Translations under genes and position numbers: made by a program | The notes under the pieces: model-generated | What the model was told of the DNA's origin: nothing | What the model saw: the letters and a program-made list of their open reading frames with translations, nothing else | Databases searched by the model: none | Part shown: positions 62,439 to 64,000 of the stretch, in pieces | Layout: the number at the start of each line of letters is the position of its first letter | How positions within the stretch are numbered: the first letter of the stretch is position 1 | Origin: an uncultured Victivallales bacterium | GTDB taxonomy: Bacteria; Verrucomicrobiota; Kiritimatiellia; UBA8416 | Direction: 5' to 3' | Length of the DNA stretch: 64,000 bases | Assembly: GCA_964387425.1 (NCBI GenBank) | Contig: CAYLXP010000005.1 | Coordinates: 3,209 to 67,208, forward strand

Positions 62439-63356
62439 ATGGATCACGCTCCGCTCGAATCCAAAGCGGTGACTTCGTCACCGCACTCCATACACCCTTG
62501 GGCTGTCGCCGCGTTTCTCCTCTGTGCCCTCACCACCACCGCAGCCCCCGACCCGGATGCGATGTGGACCTATAAGCGGGTTGACGGCAAAGATCTGCAG
62601 ATGGCGGTCTTCTTGCCGGACGGATATGACAGGGGTGGGGCATTCCCGACCTTCGTGGTCTACCACGGTGGTAGCTGGCGCACGGGGGAGGCCAGTTGGC
62701 ACTATCCGGACTGCGCCTACTGGCGCAGCCGCGGCATGATCGCTGTTTCCGTAGACTACCGCCTGAAAGATCGCGACAATATCCAGGTCCCGCTGGAGTG
62801 TGTCAAAGATGCCAAGTCGGCGATCCGCTACTTGCGCAAGAACGCGACGGCGCTCAAGGTGAATCCGAACAGGATCGTTGCCGCCGGCGGATCCGCGGGC
62901 GGTCAGCTTGCCGCGGCGACGGCCATGATCACCGGTGACGAGACCAACGACGATCAGTACGATCTCTCGATCTCCTGTAAGCCCAATGCCGTCATCCTCT
63001 ACAATCCCTATTTCAAGTGCGAGTCAAAGCTCTCCCCACCGGAACATGTTGTCGGCGGATTGCCCCCGGTCATCACGTTCCTGGGAGACCAGGATCCTGC
63101 CATCACTGTAGAGAGCCTCGTGGCATTCCATGAATCGCTCAAAGGGGCGGGGAATGCATCGGAGTTCTATGTCGGGAAGGACGGCAAGCACGGATTCTGC
63201 AACGGTCGTAATCCGCGGAACCCGTTCTTCTACTGGTCGCTTGAGCTGGAAGATCGATTCCTGGTGAAGCATGGAATGCTAACCGGTTCGTCAAAGGTGG
63301 AAGTGCCGGATGGTGTCAAGGTGCTGACGGAACAGGATTACGACGCGTATAGGTAG
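62439..63356 (+). CDS. Alpha/beta hydrolase (HSL-like esterase); start uncertain
   Basis: YHGGSW, DYRL, GGSAGG nucleophile elbow, GDQD, HGF. Confidence 0.88.
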   Translation: MDHAPLESKAVTSSPHSIHPWAVAAFLLCALTTTAAPDPDAMWTYKRVDGKDLQMAVFLPDGYDRGGAFPTFVVYHGGSWRTGEASWHYPDCAYWRSRGMIAVSVDYRLKDRDNIQVPLECVKDAKSAIRYLRKNATALKVNPNRIVAAGGSAGGQLAAATAMITGDETNDDQYDLSISCKPNAVILYNPYFKCESKLSPPEHVVGGLPPVITFLGDQDPAITVESLVAFHESLKGAGNASEFYVGKDGKHGFCNGRNPRNPFFYWSLELEDRFLVKHGMLTGSSKVEVPDGVKVLTEQDYDAYR

Positions 63357-63390
63357 GGTCACCGCCCCAAAGGGAGAGTTGAAAATGTTG

Positions 63391-63556
63391 CAGGCTAGTC
63401 GAGCCCCCGGCGTCGTGCCTCTGCCGGATCATACATGGATGAAACGTGCCGGTATTCACGGCCTAAAGGCCGAACTACGAACGGGTTGCTACATGAAGCC
63501 GGCGTTTGTAGTCCGGGCTTTAGCCCGCAAATTGGTAAGAGAGTTTCACGTCAGGC
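63391..63556 (-). repeat. Family D ~160-bp element, copy 2 (inverted orientation)
   Basis: Reverse complement aligns with 6738-6905; bounded by a short AGCCTG direct repeat. Confidence 0.85.
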
Positions 63557-63567
63557 TGAGAACTCTG

Positions 63568-64000
63568 ATGATCCTGGGCATGAGCGTGATAAGCCTCTGT
63601 TCCGCATCCGCCCGCCCCGCGAAACCAAACATCGTGCTCCTGCTGACCGACGACCTCGGCTGGCAGGATGTGAAGTGCTACGACATCGATGAGCCGTGTC
63701 CGATGGAGACGCCCAATATCGATGCCCTGGCCAAGCGCGGCGTTCTCTTCCGGCAGGGGTATGCCCCCGCACCCACCTGCGCGCCGACACGATGCGCTAT
63801 CTTCAGTGGCAACCACCCGGCGCGGGCCCAGAAGACGCACGTCGTCGGTGGTTCGCCCGTCACACCCTACAACAAGACGCAGCACCGCATGATGCCCCCC
63901 TGGTACAGCGGTCGCATGCCGGAGGATGAGATTACGCTGTCGAAGGTGCTCCAGAAGAACGGCTACGTAACCGGGCACTGTGGCAAATGGCACATGGCGA
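63568..64000 (+). CDS. Sulfatase, N-terminal part, runs off the window (absent from the ORF track); start uncertain
   Basis: Hand translation: MILGMSVISLCSASARPAKPNIVLLLTDDLGW...TPNIDALA...CAPTR...GKWH. Confidence 0.9.
   Translation, partial: MILGMSVISLCSASARPAKPNIVLLLTDDLGWQDVKCYDIDEPCPMETPNIDALAKRGVLFRQGYAPAPTCAPTRCAIFSGNHPARAQKTHVVGGSPVTPYNKTQHRMMPPWYSGRMPEDEITLSKVLQKNGYVTGHCGKWHMA

Overview
Bacterial chromosomal window with high GC (roughly 60% by eye). Gene content (many sulfatases, PQQ-propeller and PEGA proteins, stand-alone CoaC, GSIII, NrpR) suggests a PVC-superphylum organism such as Kiritimatiellota or Lentisphaerota; this is an inference. Layout: (1) 1-15.5 kb is a nitrogen-assimilation island: gltB (5'-truncated)-gltD-glnA type III on +; gdhA, a KaiC-like/PPDK_N protein and a glutaminase-dead PurF paralogue on -; then nrpR and a canonical purF on +. 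(2) 15.8-29.4 kb is housekeeping: degenerate IspD, phosphoesterase, ferredoxin, radical SAM, HAD, secA, lnt, frameshifted prfB, yicC, gmk, coaC. (3) GH9 and a sulfatase. (4) 33.6-45.5 kb holds envelope machines: an FHA+PEGA pair, a three-gene ZorA/MotA-like ion-channel operon with no known effector genes, and a divergent VTC-DUF4956-HlyD-TolC operon with no ABC/RND transporter. (5) 45.7-64 kb is a sulfated/fucosylated-glycan locus interrupted by a REP-associated tyrosine transposase (RAYT). At least four GTAG-type REP/REPIN families and heptamer inverted repeats occupy the intergenic regions. No rRNA, tRNA or CRISPR array was seen. Best candidates for undescribed systems are the ZorA-like trio, the VTC-HlyD-TolC operon, and the NrpR-associated gdhA/PPDK-like/Cys-less PurF arm. 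All assignments come from motif recognition by eye; no database search was run.
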